NCBI GenBank assembly: GCA_965222605.1
Contig: OZ244960.1
Location: forward strand, 960,001-1,024,000
Reading direction: 5' to 3'
Origin: Candidatus Latescibacterota bacterium
GTDB taxonomy: Bacteria > Latescibacterota > UBA2968
DNA length: 64,000 bases
Shown here: positions 17,717 to 28,151 of the stretch, in pieces
Position numbering within the stretch: position 1 is the stretch's first letter
Layout: each line of letters opens with the position of its first letter
Position numbers and translations under genes: made by a program
The notes under the pieces: generated by a model
What the model saw: only the letters and a program-made list of their open reading frames with translations
Database searches by the model: none
Told to the model about the DNA's origin: nothing

Positions 17717-19237
17717 CTACGCCTGTGCTGTGGTTCCAAACGCCTTTTGCAAATACCCCAGATCGAGTTCGGGATAAACCGGGAACCGCGCGAGGAGATT
17801 GGCGATTCTCTGTTGGGCGTATTCGAGCACACCGTCCTGGACTCTGTATTGGATCTTGCTAAATTGGCCCGCGCTTCTGCCCTTCGTGAACTTCAGTGGC
17901 CGTGCCTGGGTGAGCACATTGCCCATGACCGCGCCGATCTCCTGCATCTCTTCTGCCCCCATACCAAGAGTCGTAAGCGCCGGTGTCCCCACCCTGAGAC
18001 CACTGGTGTACCATGGCCCATTGGGATCAAAGGGAATGGTATTTTTATTCAGCGTAATCCCGGCATCGCGAAGCAGGGTCTCGGCCTGACGACCCGTGAG
18101 ATTAAAAGGCGTAACATCAATCTGAAGCAAGTGATTGTCAGTCCCCCCTGTAAGAACCGTAAGCCCCGCGTCTATACACGCCTGTGCGAGCACCTGGGCA
18201 TTATCGACAATTCTGGCGGCATACGCTTGAAACTCGGACGTACTCGCCTCCTGAAAAGCGATAGCTTTGGCTGCCATCACATGGGGCAAAGGACCGCCGA
18301 GCACCATCGGACAACCCTTATCGACCTGTTCGGCAAATTCTTCCGCACACAAAACCATGCCGCCTCTGGGACCGCGCATGGTTTTGTGTGTGGTCGTCGT
18401 AACGACATGGGCATGGGCAACCGGATCAAAGTCACCCGTAAAAACCTTGCCGGCAACCAATCCAGCAAAATGCGCCATATCGACCATAAAAACAGCCCCC
18501 ACTTCATCGGCGATATCCCGGAAAATGCGGAAATTAATTTTCCGAGGATAAGCACTATAACCCGCTAAAAGAATCAAAGGTTTGACAGCTCTGGCCTGGT
18601 CGCGGATTTCATCGTAGTCAATCAGGCCAGATTTTTTATTCACCGTGTACGCATGCGCCTCAAACATGCGCCCAGACACATTGATGCGATAGCCATGCGT
18701 GAGATGTCCCCCGGATGAGAGATCCAGCCCCAGGAGCTTTTGATTGCCCAATTGTGTGCGAAGCGCGTCCCATGCTTTGGCCGAAAGATCAAAGGGCGAT
18801 TTTTGTCCCATTTTTTTGAGCGCGACATCTTGAACGCGCCCCGAGAGAATCGCCCAAAAAGCGACCATATTGGCATCTGCACCCGAGTGGGGTTGCACAT
18901 AAGCGTGATCTGCACCAAAGAGATCGCACGCCAGTTTTGAGGCCAGGCTTTCAATCGCATCTACATTATCACAACCCGCGTAAAAGCGGTGACCGGGAAT
19001 ACCCTCGGCGTATTTGTCGGTAAGCAGATTGCCCATAGCCAGTTGCGTGGGCAAAGAACAATAATTCTCGCTCGCAATCATCTTGAGATTCGAACGCTGG
19101 TCAGCCAATTCGCGCACAATATTTTTCGCCACATCGGGCGATACGGAAGCCACCTGTTCCAGCGAGGCCAAATAGGCGACAAATCCGGGATTTGGGGTGG
19201 GATTTTGAGACAGATAGTTGGCAAGAGGACTGGACAT
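17717..19237 (-). CDS. glyA: Serine hydroxymethyltransferase
   Basis: MIASEN, KYAEG, VQPHSGA, GGHLTHG and [14 protein letters not shown] (PLP lysine). Confidence 0.97.
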   Translation of the reverse strand: MSSPLANYLSQNPTPNPGFVAYLASLEQVASVSPDVAKNIVRELADQRSNLKMIASENYCSLPTQLAMGNLLTDKYAEGIPGHRFYAGCDNVDAIESLASKLACDLFGADHAYVQPHSGADANMVAFWAILSGRVQDVALKKMGQKSPFDLSAKAWDALRTQLGNQKLLGLDLSSGGHLTHGYRINVSGRMFEAHAYTVNKKSGLIDYDEIRDQARAVKPLILLAGYSAYPRKINFRIFRDIADEVGAVFMVDMAHFAGLVAGKVFTGDFDPVAHAHVVTTTTHKTMRGPRGGMVLCAEEFAEQVDKGCPMVLGGPLPHVMAAKAIAFQEASTSEFQAYAARIVDNAQVLAQACIDAGLTVLTGGTDNHLLQIDVTPFNLTGRQAETLLRDAGITLNKNTIPFDPNGPWYTSGLRVGTPALTTLGMGAEEMQEIGAVMGNVLTQARPLKFTKGRSAGQFSKIQYRVQDGVLEYAQQRIANLLARFPVYPELDLGYLQKAFGTTAQA

Positions 19238-19267
19238 GGCTATTCTCCTCGTGTTTCGCCCGAATAC

Positions 19268-19385
19268 AAAAATAGCCCGGGCTGTGTGTGGATTTTCATA
19301 AGCCCAGGCGATCGGCTATCGGATAAAGAGCACTGCGCTTCCCCGTGGTCGATTCCACGTTCATTCGCCAGTCACGCAGACCCTT
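19268..19385 (-). promoter_or_regulatory. ZMP/ZTP (pfl) riboswitch with terminator expression platform
   Basis: Minus strand reads CTGCGTGACTGGCGAA..GTGG..CCACGGGGAAGCGCAG...GCCGATCGCCTGGGC, matching the pfl consensus. The alternative hairpin GCCTGGGCT/AGCCCGGGC plus TTTTT lies upstream of glyA. Confidence 0.9.
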
Positions 19386-19445
19386 GTCGAAAATCAATAT
19401 ACAGAATTGCAGACCAAAGTCAACGGTTTGTTGCAACAACGCCTA

Positions 19446-20903
19446 CTAAAATAACTCACGCAACCGCCGCCATTCACGGGGCGTAAAAAAACGCCAGCCC
19501 CACAAAATGAGGGGATAGCCCGCAATAAAGATGATACGTGCAATAACACCCTCTATTGACGTATCGTGAAGATAAGGAGATAACACCACAAAAACGATGC
19601 CCCCTGCAACGCATATTTTCCCCAAACGCCCGTATTCGTAGGGAACCGGATAAAACCGACGCACGATGAGATAAAGCAAAATAGCCATCAAAACATGTGC
19701 GATGAGCGTGCTATAAGCAGCGGCAATAAATCCAATTTTGGGCAAAAGGAGAATATTGATAACGATATTCACACATGCACCAGTGCCCACAATAAACGGC
19801 AAAGATCCCGCGCGACCTTTGGCATATACGCCCGCAGTGAGAATGATATAAAGACCGTAAAAGAAAAATGCCAGCCCCACCAGGGGGGCAACCTGTATGC
19901 CCTCGAGATAGATCTGTGCATTATCGCCGGCAATCAAAACGATAATTTCGCGTGCAAAAGTGGCTAAAATCAGACAGCCAAAAATGCCGAACAATGTGAA
20001 ATACGTGGTGACGCGCGCACACATCTGCCGCGTTTCGTCCTCTGTATTTTCATCCTCTGTTTCATCGAGCACGGCAGGTGCCCAGGCCGTGCGAAACGCT
20101 TTGACCACAAAAAAGAGGGGCATGCCGAGTTTGTAGGTAATGCCGTAAATACCCAGATCGTCGAGATCTAAAAAAAAGCGGATCAGGAAGCGATCAGACA
20201 AATTGATGATGAGAACCAAAAGGGTCGATGGCAAAAAAGGGAAACCAAAACGCAGAAGTTCGCGAAACGCGTGCATATCAAAAGTTGGACGAATCAAGCG
20301 CAGACCAACGGGAAACATGACAATAAGAGCAAAGAGAGAACTGATGAGATTGGCTTCAAAAACCGCGATAGGACCGCGTCCGAGACTTGCGATAAAATAA
20401 GCGGTGAGGCCGAGTTGTAGCGTGTGTTGAATCACCCGCACAATCGCATAGTGGAAAGATCGCTGTCGGGCGCGACAAAGCGTGAAAAGGGGTTCTGATA
20501 GCGCGTCCAAAAGGACAACAGCGGCAATAAGTTCGAAGACCGCGCTGTAATCCGCGCCGTTCAAAAGATGATGCGCGAGACTCTCGGCATTGATCCAGAC
20601 CAAACTCGACAGAATAACACCTGTGGCGAACAGTGCCCAAAATGCAGAGCTAAATGCGGCGCGATGTTTGCCGAGATCGGTCTTGCCAGATAAGAGTCTG
20701 ATCAGCGCGGGATTGAGACCAAGAGAATAAAAAACCGCGCTAAATCCGATAAATGCAAATGCCAGAGACAAAATGCCATTGTCAGCAGGCGTGAGATGTC
20801 TGGCATAGACGGGCACGAGCAAAATGGACACAGCGCGACCGAGCAAATCGCCCATGCCATAGACTGCCGTGTGTTGTGCGAGGGATTTAATTCGAGAGAA
20901 CAT
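19446..20903 (-). CDS. Polysaccharide/oligosaccharide flippase (Wzx-like)
   Basis: Multiple TM segments. Typical VYGMGDLLGRAVSILLVPVYAR and SDRFLI motifs. Start placed at ATG 20903 to avoid overlap with priA. Confidence 0.85.
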   Translation of the reverse strand: MFSRIKSLAQHTAVYGMGDLLGRAVSILLVPVYARHLTPADNGILSLAFAFIGFSAVFYSLGLNPALIRLLSGKTDLGKHRAAFSSAFWALFATGVILSSLVWINAESLAHHLLNGADYSAVFELIAAVVLLDALSEPLFTLCRARQRSFHYAIVRVIQHTLQLGLTAYFIASLGRGPIAVFEANLISSLFALIVMFPVGLRLIRPTFDMHAFRELLRFGFPFLPSTLLVLIINLSDRFLIRFFLDLDDLGIYGITYKLGMPLFFVVKAFRTAWAPAVLDETEDENTEDETRQMCARVTTYFTLFGIFGCLILATFAREIIVLIAGDNAQIYLEGIQVAPLVGLAFFFYGLYIILTAGVYAKGRAGSLPFIVGTGACVNIVINILLLPKIGFIAAAYSTLIAHVLMAILLYLIVRRFYPVPYEYGRLGKICVAGGIVFVVLSPYLHDTSIEGVIARIIFIAGYPLILWGWRFFTPREWRRLRELF

Positions 20904-20913
20904 AGTTGACCGC

Positions 20914-23361
20914 TCAAAGCATCGACATCGGATCGACATTGATCGCCAGGGTGACACCGCGAGATCGGCGTTTGTTGGGGGCAAATTGCGAGGCGGCTTC
21001 ACGGGCGGCGGCATTGAGATGGCTGTGCGAATCGGACTTGAGCAAAACCTGCCAGCGATATGTTCCCTGGATGCGTGCAAGAGGGGCCTGTACGGGACCC
21101 AGAATTTCGACATCGGGAGGTGTTTGTTCGCGCAAAGTCTGCGCGCTTATACCAGCCGCGCGTGCGACTTCGTGTTCATCTTTGCCCTTAAAAACCAAGA
21201 GCACCACGCGCCCAAAAGGCGGATATCCCAGGCTTTGACGCGCATTGAGTTCGCGCTGTGCAAAAGTTTCAAAATCGTGACCCTGCGCGCATTGCACGGC
21301 TTCGCCATCGGGCATGTAAGTTTGAATAACGACTTCCCCCGGAATCGCGCCTCGCCCGGCGCGTCCACTAACCTGAGTCAGCAATTGGAATGTGCGTTCG
21401 CTGGCGCGAAAATCCGGCAGGTGAATGCTCGTATCCGCAGAAATGACACCTACGAGTGTCACGCCGGGAAAATCGAGTCCTTTGGCGATCATCTGCGTGC
21501 CGAGCAAAATATCGGCCTCGCCTCGAGAAAAACGATCGAGTATGCGGTCATGCGCGCCCTTGCGGCTCGTGGTATCTACGTCCATTCGCAAAACGCGCAC
21601 ACCGGGAAATTGCGCTACAAGAGTCTCTTCAACGCGCTGCGTTCCCACGCCGAGGAAATGAAAATTGCTGCTGTGACACGACGGGCACGCCGAGGGCGAT
21701 GGCTCAATATAACCGCAGTAATGACAGAGCATCAGGCGCCGGGTCGCGTGATAGGTCAGAGTAACATGGCAGTGATCGCACTGAATACTTTCCCCGCAAT
21801 CGGCGCATTGGACCGCAGGCGCGTACCCGCGCCGGTTTTGAAGCAAAATGGTGCATTGCCCCTTTTCAATGCGTTCGCGCATCTTCTCCCGAAGTGGGCG
21901 AGAAAACAAACTACCGCCTTCGTGCCGCATATCCACAAGTGTGACAGTGGGCAGTGGGCGGTTGTCGATGCGCTCTGGCAATATGAGAGAACTGAATTTT
22001 TGTATCTGTGCATTGTGATGCGATTCGAGAGAAGGGGTTGCCGATCCCAACATAATGGGCAAATTTTGCAGATGGGCGCGCATCACAGCGACATCGCGGG
22101 CATTGTATCGAGGGGCGGGGTCGTCTTGTTTATACGAACCATCGTGTTCTTCGTCGATAATGATAAGACCCAGATTTTCGACAGGTGCAAAAATAGCTGA
22201 GCGCGCACCAATAACAACTGGGCGTTTTCCCCTGCGAACTTCGCGCCAGGCATCATAGCGTTCTCCAGCGGACAAGGCACTGTGCAAAACCGCGACGCGA
22301 TCGCCAAAATGGACGCGAAAGCGGCGGACGGTTTGTGGCGTCAGGGTGATCTCCGGCACGAGAACGATCGCGCCTTTTCCCGATGCGAGCGCGTGTGCAA
22401 CCGCCCGAATATAAACCAGCGTTTTACCGCTACCCGTCACCCCGCGCAAAAGATGAACCCGAAAAGCGTTTTCATCAACGCTTTGTCTAATCGCCTGAAT
22501 AGCCCGCCCTTGATGGGGCGTAAGCGTTACATCTTCAGGCGGGGGCAGATCGGTATCGGCGTATGGGTCGCGCACCACTTCGCGGTCAATAAAACAGATC
22601 AAATTGCGCTTGACCATTTCTCTCAGTACGCCCGATGAAATCCCTTCTGCAAACAGTTGTGCGGCCAACAAGGGATGATTTGCCGAACGCAGACGGCGAA
22701 TACACTGCGCCTGGCGTGGGGCGCGTTTTTCCAGTGTAGGCAATTCCAGATCAAACCAGCGCGGGTCATTGGGCACAAGAGCCACCGCACGCTGGGTTTT
22801 GGGTTTTACTTTTGGTGCTGACATCTTTTGAAACGCGACCAGAACACCCCGCCTCAAAAGGCCGTATATCGCAGGCTGTACGCCCTGTTTCCCCAGTCGT
22901 TTTTGAAGTTGGCGCATCGATGCCGAACCGAGTTCGCCCAAAGCGGTGACGACCTCGCGCTGGCGCGGAGAAAGCATGCGACTGATCGCGGCGGCATCAA
23001 AGTTTTTTTCAAGGGCAAAATGCTGCCCACTATCCAGGTGAATGCCCGATGGAAGAGCCGCAGAAAGCACTTCCGAGAGACTGCACAGATAATACCATGC
23101 CATCCAGTTGCACAATTCGAGCATCGGCGGTATCACAAGCGGATAAGAATCGAGGATTTGGGCAATGGCCTTGACGCGATTGGAGGGCAGATCGCACGTT
23201 TCGCAAAAGCCGACGACAATACCCGTAACCCAGCGTTCTCCAAAAGGAACGAGAACGCGGTAGCCCGTTTGCAGATCGTCCTGGAGATCGTCGGGAATGC
23301 GGTAGGTAAATGTATCGAGGGACGTGCCCAGAGGAACGATGTGTGCAAAGGGATGCGCCAT
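20914..23361 (-). CDS. priA: Primosomal protein N'
   Basis: GVTGSGKT, DEEH, NRRGY, four CxxC Zn motifs and GTQMIAKGLDFP. Confidence 0.97.
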   Translation of the reverse strand: MAHPFAHIVPLGTSLDTFTYRIPDDLQDDLQTGYRVLVPFGERWVTGIVVGFCETCDLPSNRVKAIAQILDSYPLVIPPMLELCNWMAWYYLCSLSEVLSAALPSGIHLDSGQHFALEKNFDAAAISRMLSPRQREVVTALGELGSASMRQLQKRLGKQGVQPAIYGLLRRGVLVAFQKMSAPKVKPKTQRAVALVPNDPRWFDLELPTLEKRAPRQAQCIRRLRSANHPLLAAQLFAEGISSGVLREMVKRNLICFIDREVVRDPYADTDLPPPEDVTLTPHQGRAIQAIRQSVDENAFRVHLLRGVTGSGKTLVYIRAVAHALASGKGAIVLVPEITLTPQTVRRFRVHFGDRVAVLHSALSAGERYDAWREVRRGKRPVVIGARSAIFAPVENLGLIIIDEEHDGSYKQDDPAPRYNARDVAVMRAHLQNLPIMLGSATPSLESHHNAQIQKFSSLILPERIDNRPLPTVTLVDMRHEGGSLFSRPLREKMRERIEKGQCTILLQNRRGYAPAVQCADCGESIQCDHCHVTLTYHATRRLMLCHYCGYIEPSPSACPSCHSSNFHFLGVGTQRVEETLVAQFPGVRVLRMDVDTTSRKGAHDRILDRFSRGEADILLGTQMIAKGLDFPGVTLVGVISADTSIHLPDFRASERTFQLLTQVSGRAGRGAIPGEVVIQTYMPDGEAVQCAQGHDFETFAQRELNARQSLGYPPFGRVVLLVFKGKDEHEVARAAGISAQTLREQTPPDVEILGPVQAPLARIQGTYRWQVLLKSDSHSHLNAAAREAASQFAPNKRRSRGVTLAINVDPMSML

Positions 23362-23370
23362 AGAAACAAA

Positions 23371-24339
23371 CTATCGGCCTGTCTGCGGACCAGAAGGCGT
23401 TTTGTCGAGTTCTTCGACTTTAATGAGGGTACTGGAAATAGTCAGGCGAAGGCCGCGTTCGGGTAGGCTGGCAAATTCGAGAGGCTGGTTCTGCAGTGAA
23501 AGCGAAATCGAGCCGGCGCGCTGTATCTCCACTTGAAAGTGGTCATAGGCCAGCCAGCGTTGCTCCCTGCCGGGTGTAAGCACACCAGCAAAAACCCCGC
23601 GACCATCGGCAGTAATGGATAAATGCGCTGTTTCCCTCGCAACGCCAGAAAGAGTCATGATTTCTCCTTCAGCAATGACGCCGGGAATGGGCAAATTATA
23701 TGTGGAGAGCACAGCGGGTGCTGGTTGGGAAATTGACATCTTCGCCGCAATACCCGTGTCTCCCGAAGTGCGAGCAGCCAGGGAGGATGGCATAACGGAC
23801 TCTGTGCTGTCTCGTAGTTGCATCTCTTGCACGGATTTCGCGCTATCCTGCATTCCAGGCAACATCTCCTTTTCGGAAATGCTTATTTGTTCGGGTGGGA
23901 TAACCGATTCCGTGCTATCTGGTATTGGAAGAGGTGATGTGGTTGTATCAAGCGGCGCTGTGAGCGGTGTTTCTTCACGCGAGTTAAAAATAATGATCCC
24001 CACTACAATCACCGCAAATGCGAGCAATGAGATAAATATTTTATTGCGGTCTATCCCGCGTTCTGGAGGGGACTGTACTGTAACCCGCTCGCGCGGCAGC
24101 GCAACGCTTCTTTCAAAGCGGAAAAGGATATCCCGAACGTCGAGGTTGAGTTCTTGTGCATAAGTTTTGAGAAACAAACGCGCGTAAGCTACGGGCAATA
24201 AATCGAATTGGCCCGCTTCGAGCACTTTGATAAACTCGGGATTGATCCGCGTGTGTTCGTAAATGTCACCAATACTCAAACCCAGATTCTCGCGCTGCGT
24301 TTTGAGTAACTCACCAATGTCTTGTTTTTTATCTGCCAT
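23371..24339 (-). CDS. rodZ: RodZ-like protein (HTH, TM, periplasmic domain)
   Basis: N-terminal XRE-like HTH (IGELLKTQRE...YARLFLKTYA), single TM and C-terminal beta domain. Confidence 0.7.
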   Translation of the reverse strand: MADKKQDIGELLKTQRENLGLSIGDIYEHTRINPEFIKVLEAGQFDLLPVAYARLFLKTYAQELNLDVRDILFRFERSVALPRERVTVQSPPERGIDRNKIFISLLAFAVIVVGIIIFNSREETPLTAPLDTTTSPLPIPDSTESVIPPEQISISEKEMLPGMQDSAKSVQEMQLRDSTESVMPSSLAARTSGDTGIAAKMSISQPAPAVLSTYNLPIPGVIAEGEIMTLSGVARETAHLSITADGRGVFAGVLTPGREQRWLAYDHFQVEIQRAGSISLSLQNQPLEFASLPERGLRLTISSTLIKVEELDKTPSGPQTGR

Positions 24340-24356
24340 GGATGTTTGTATTCCCG

Positions 24357-24965
24357 TTATTTGTTAGATCTATTTTCAGGTATAATCGCCCAGAGCGATT
24401 GCCCGACCAGACGGTGATAAAGGCTCCAAAAACTCGCAAGCGGCAAGCCCACCACATTATAGAAGCAGCCGGATATAGATTGAATAAATGCAGATGCACG
24501 CCCCTGCGCGCTATAAGCACCGGCTTTATCCAGAGAATCCCCAGTGGCGACATAGCGCGAGATGTCCTCCGATGAGAGCACGCGCATGGTAACGTGAGTA
24601 GTTGCAACTTCTGTGAGGGTCTGTCCTGTTTCCGTATCTGTCAGGACCAATCCGGTATAGACCTGATGGGTTTTTCCCGAAAGTTGCGCCAGCATGTCTT
24701 TGGCGTGTTTGGCGTCATTCGGTTTCTCGAAAATCGCGTTTTCCAATGCCACAACTGTATCGGCTCCCAAAACGAGCGCGTGGTCAAAACGGTGGGCAAC
24801 CGCCTGTGTTTTGCGCTGTGCGATTTCTCGCACATGTTCGGCGGGTGGCAAGATAGTATCCAGAGCCTCATTGGCATTGCTCGGCGCAATCTCAAACGGA
24901 ATATCCAGCAAACGCAACAAACTCGCACGCCTGGGCGAGGCAGAAGCGAGAATCAATTTCTTCAT
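24357..24965 (-). CDS. maf: Maf nucleotide pyrophosphatase
   Basis: [22 protein letters not shown] and NVVGLP motifs. Confidence 0.95.
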   Translation of the reverse strand: MKKLILASASPRRASLLRLLDIPFEIAPSNANEALDTILPPAEHVREIAQRKTQAVAHRFDHALVLGADTVVALENAIFEKPNDAKHAKDMLAQLSGKTHQVYTGLVLTDTETGQTLTEVATTHVTMRVLSSEDISRYVATGDSLDKAGAYSAQGRASAFIQSISGCFYNVVGLPLASFWSLYHRLVGQSLWAIIPENRSNK

Positions 24966-25405
24966 ATCTCTGAGTCAATCATCAATGTGACAGGACCTGT
25001 GTTGTGAATTTCAACCTGCATATACGCGCCAAAAACACCTGTTTCAGTCTGAATACCAAGGGTGCGGAGGTGCTGAACAAATTGCTCGTACATGGATTTG
25101 GCAATATCTGGTGGCGCAGCCCGATTAAAACTCGGACGGCGGCCTTTGCGGGTGTCGGCGTGCAGCGTAAATTGCGAAACCACCAGAGCCTGTCCACCCG
25201 TGTCGAGCAGGGATCTGTTCATCTTGCCCTGGTCATCTTCAAAAATTCTCAAATTTGCACATTTCTCAGCAACATACTCCATATCCGGAAGGCCATCGGT
25301 ATCGCTAATACCCAGCAGAATCAAAAGACCGCGATCAACTTGCCCAACGATTTGTTCTTCAACGCGAACCGTTGCCCTGCATACCCGCTGAATCAATGCC
25401 CGCAC
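24962..25405 (-). CDS. dtd: D-aminoacyl-tRNA deacylase
   Basis: RALIQRV, SQFTL, GRRPSF and GPVT motifs. GTG start after GGAGGG. Confidence 0.95.
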   Translation of the reverse strand: MRALIQRVCRATVRVEEQIVGQVDRGLLILLGISDTDGLPDMEYVAEKCANLRIFEDDQGKMNRSLLDTGGQALVVSQFTLHADTRKGRRPSFNRAAPPDIAKSMYEQFVQHLRTLGIQTETGVFGAYMQVEIHNTGPVTLMIDSEI

Positions 25406-25517
25406 GCTACCCTCCATTGCTTAAAATGCATGTATCATTTATAACCTATTTACGGCATGTGTGCAAGGTGAAAGATGTGTGAAGTGTGATATAGCACCTG
25501 TGGGAACTGGCCTGCTT

Positions 25518-27857
25518 CTATATTCCAAATCCCCCGCGACGATGCTCAAGTTTTATTTGCGGGATGTCTTTAATATTGATCTTAAAAAAGAAACCCTTAT
25601 TAAAACCTGCGGGATACCACGAAAATCGAGCTTCCCAACAGTGGAGATCGCGGTAAAGCGATAGGCTTTGCGCCGAGATTTTGGCATTGGGAAGAATATC
25701 GATATTGATCGAATAGTCAATTCTTATAAATTGGCGAGGATTGACGCCAACATCTGCTTTGACCCAGGATGTTTTGCTCATTGTATTGCCGAATCGCCGC
25801 ATCGCAATATAGTGAGAAAGATTGAATCGCCACGGCTGGCTAACACCGTCGAAATCGCTGTACAGATCGCGTTCAAAACCAAAATCTGCGCCATATCCAC
25901 CACCATATCCACCACCATATCCAATGTCATATTCATCAGAAAAAGCGGACTGGATAGTCGTATTGCGTCGGTCAACTTGACCGCCAGAAAAACGAAAATT
26001 GGAGGTAATAGTCAGGTTCTGCATGCGTGGATGCAAAAGCGCCCGCTGACCTGTACTGTCATAGAGCGTATGGGTCATCGCAATGCGAACATCCACGCGG
26101 CGGTCGGGTTTGAGAGACGCACTGGTGCGAAGCGAACGCCATTTTTGTCTCGGCGCGTCAAAATCGTATCCCGTTGACAGATTGAGAGTCGCCAGAGTAA
26201 AGCGTCGTACATCGTCGTCGCGCTGGGTTTTGAGCTCAAAAGTATTGCCGATATTAAAATTTATGCTGCGTCTGGCATCGTCCCATTTGCGATTGCCCCC
26301 AAAACCCAAAGTCCCCTGAAAGATGCTTCCCAATTGATTGTAATTGAAATTGATCCGGGGCTGAAAGCGATGCCGAATGCCGCGCAACCGACCGATTTGC
26401 GGTTGAAAGATGCCGTATAATGTCGTACCCGAAGTCAGTGTCGTATTGTAAGACGTGCGCCGGGTTGTCGAATCGGTATCGCTATATATAAACTCTTCGC
26501 CAAAATTAAAGCTCGGCGTGAGGTTGAGCCACCCCATGGGGCGGTGTTGGCTGTTGACCGTGACGCGATTTTGAAGAGAAACGCGCTCTGTATTGGGGAC
26601 TGGATCGGGGTTGCGCGCAAAATTGTTGGACAGGGTACTCGAAAAACCGTAGTAAAAGGCGCGATACCACGGTCCCGTAACAGATGTGGGTTCATTGCCT
26701 CCAAATATGCGGCGTCTGGGTTGTCGAAAGCTAAGGCGGGGAAAGCCCTGAAAGCTATTGTTTTTTGTTCTCAGGTCGCGGTAATACGTCAGACTGCCGT
26801 CAATGCTGCGCCCGGATTCTGTCCAGCGTTTGTCAAAAGAAAAACTGGATCTCAACTGCCGATTGAGATAGCGATAAAGATTATTACTATTGCGTCGGTC
26901 AAAATTGGTACTGGTGGAAAACTGTCCGCTACCCCTGATATTGGTCGTGGCGTTGAGGCGTTGCTGGTGTTGCAAATTGAAGCGCCAATTGTGGGCGGTG
27001 TGATCACCTGAGGTATCGTGGTCGTATCCGATATCCATTGAGCCACTAAAGCGGTTGCGCCTGGCATAGGCAAAGCGCGATTCGAGCAAGAATCCACCGC
27101 GCTCGCGCAAGGTACTCTTAACCGTGGCATCCCAATATTCACTGGGCGCGAAATAATATCCCAAATTGTGTACAAAAATACCATCGCGGCTGTTGCTACC
27201 CACACCAGGTGTAAGCAAGCCCGATTGCCGCCCGCGCTTGACTGGAAAAACAAAAAAGGGAACCCAGAAAACGGGAATCGGACCAATGCGAAAAGTGACA
27301 GACCGCCCAATTGCTTTGTCATTTTGCAAAATACGCACGTTTTTGCACAAAAAATCGTAGTGTACATGGTCGCGATCACAAGTGCTCAAAGAGAGATCCA
27401 GAGCATTCAGCGCTTCTTGACCGTCGAGCGCGATGTGGGCACCGCGATAGTGTTTGCGCTGATGTGACGCGCGGCCATCTCGCACACTGCCGCGTTCTGT
27501 ATCGAGATCGTAAACCATGTACTCACCCGAAATTTTCTCGCTACCGCGGGTAAATTGAGGCGGTCCAACGGTTTTTGCTCCGGTGGAATCGGACAATGCG
27601 CGTGCTGTGACATGTCGAGAGTTTTGGTCGTACGTAATATGACCGGCTTTGAGCTGCAGGTCGCGATAGCGCAAGGTGGCATTGCCGATCAATTCCACGC
27701 GCCTGGTCTGCACGTGATAAACGACCTCGTCGGCGTCAAATACTATGGAATCGCCAGCGGCTTTTTGCGGCAAAACGGGTTGGCACCATCCCGGCGTAAT
27801 CGCAAATAGCAAGAACAAAACGAGCCACACGGCTTGTGTTTTATTACAGGTATTCAT
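25518..27857 (-). CDS. lptD: LPS-assembly protein LptD-like outer-membrane protein
   Basis: Signal peptide, OstA-like N-domain, PVFWVPFFVFPV..RQSGLLTP and C-terminal RDLHCWE. Start is uncertain (27857 or 27923). Confidence 0.8.
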   Translation of the reverse strand: MNTCNKTQAVWLVLFLLFAITPGWCQPVLPQKAAGDSIVFDADEVVYHVQTRRVELIGNATLRYRDLQLKAGHITYDQNSRHVTARALSDSTGAKTVGPPQFTRGSEKISGEYMVYDLDTERGSVRDGRASHQRKHYRGAHIALDGQEALNALDLSLSTCDRDHVHYDFLCKNVRILQNDKAIGRSVTFRIGPIPVFWVPFFVFPVKRGRQSGLLTPGVGSNSRDGIFVHNLGYYFAPSEYWDATVKSTLRERGGFLLESRFAYARRNRFSGSMDIGYDHDTSGDHTAHNWRFNLQHQQRLNATTNIRGSGQFSTSTNFDRRNSNNLYRYLNRQLRSSFSFDKRWTESGRSIDGSLTYYRDLRTKNNSFQGFPRLSFRQPRRRIFGGNEPTSVTGPWYRAFYYGFSSTLSNNFARNPDPVPNTERVSLQNRVTVNSQHRPMGWLNLTPSFNFGEEFIYSDTDSTTRRTSYNTTLTSGTTLYGIFQPQIGRLRGIRHRFQPRINFNYNQLGSIFQGTLGFGGNRKWDDARRSINFNIGNTFELKTQRDDDVRRFTLATLNLSTGYDFDAPRQKWRSLRTSASLKPDRRVDVRIAMTHTLYDSTGQRALLHPRMQNLTITSNFRFSGGQVDRRNTTIQSAFSDEYDIGYGGGYGGGYGADFGFERDLYSDFDGVSQPWRFNLSHYIAMRRFGNTMSKTSWVKADVGVNPRQFIRIDYSINIDILPNAKISAQSLSLYRDLHCWEARFSWYPAGFNKGFFFKINIKDIPQIKLEHRRGGFGI

Positions 27858-28057
27858 AATTTTTAGAAATGTATTGCGGTTTTTGTGGAATACAAACGTA
27901 AATTCGGGATTTAGAAAAGTCAACAGAGGTTCACAGCCAAATCCGCTGGATCAATGCTCTGTGCCATGTCCTGTACAAACAGGGAAACGCCCCAGTTGTT
28001 CCGTTTTTATTGATATATTGCGGCGGAACATGTATCTTTACCTTTTGCGGCGAATAT

Positions 28058-28144
28058 GCGGACGTGGTGGAATTGGCAGACACGCCAGATTTAGGATCTG
28101 GTGGGGTAAAACCCGTGGGGGTTCGAGTCCCCCCGTCCGCACCA
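28058..28144 (+). tRNA. tRNA-Leu (TAG)
   Basis: GCGGACG/CGTCCGC acceptor stem, CCAGA-TTTAGGA-TCTGG anticodon arm, long variable arm, GTTCGAG T-loop and encoded CCA. Confidence 0.97.
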
Positions 28145-28151
28145 TAAAAAT

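Noticed and set aside
17450-18568. 372-aa + strand ORF
   Set aside because: Antisense shadow of glyA with no recognisable motifs.
20869-22200. 443-aa + strand ORF
   Set aside because: Antisense shadow of priA.
25891-25923. 12-bp tandem repeat (GYGG x3) in lptD
   Set aside because: In-frame low-complexity loop, unlikely to be a phase-variation switch.
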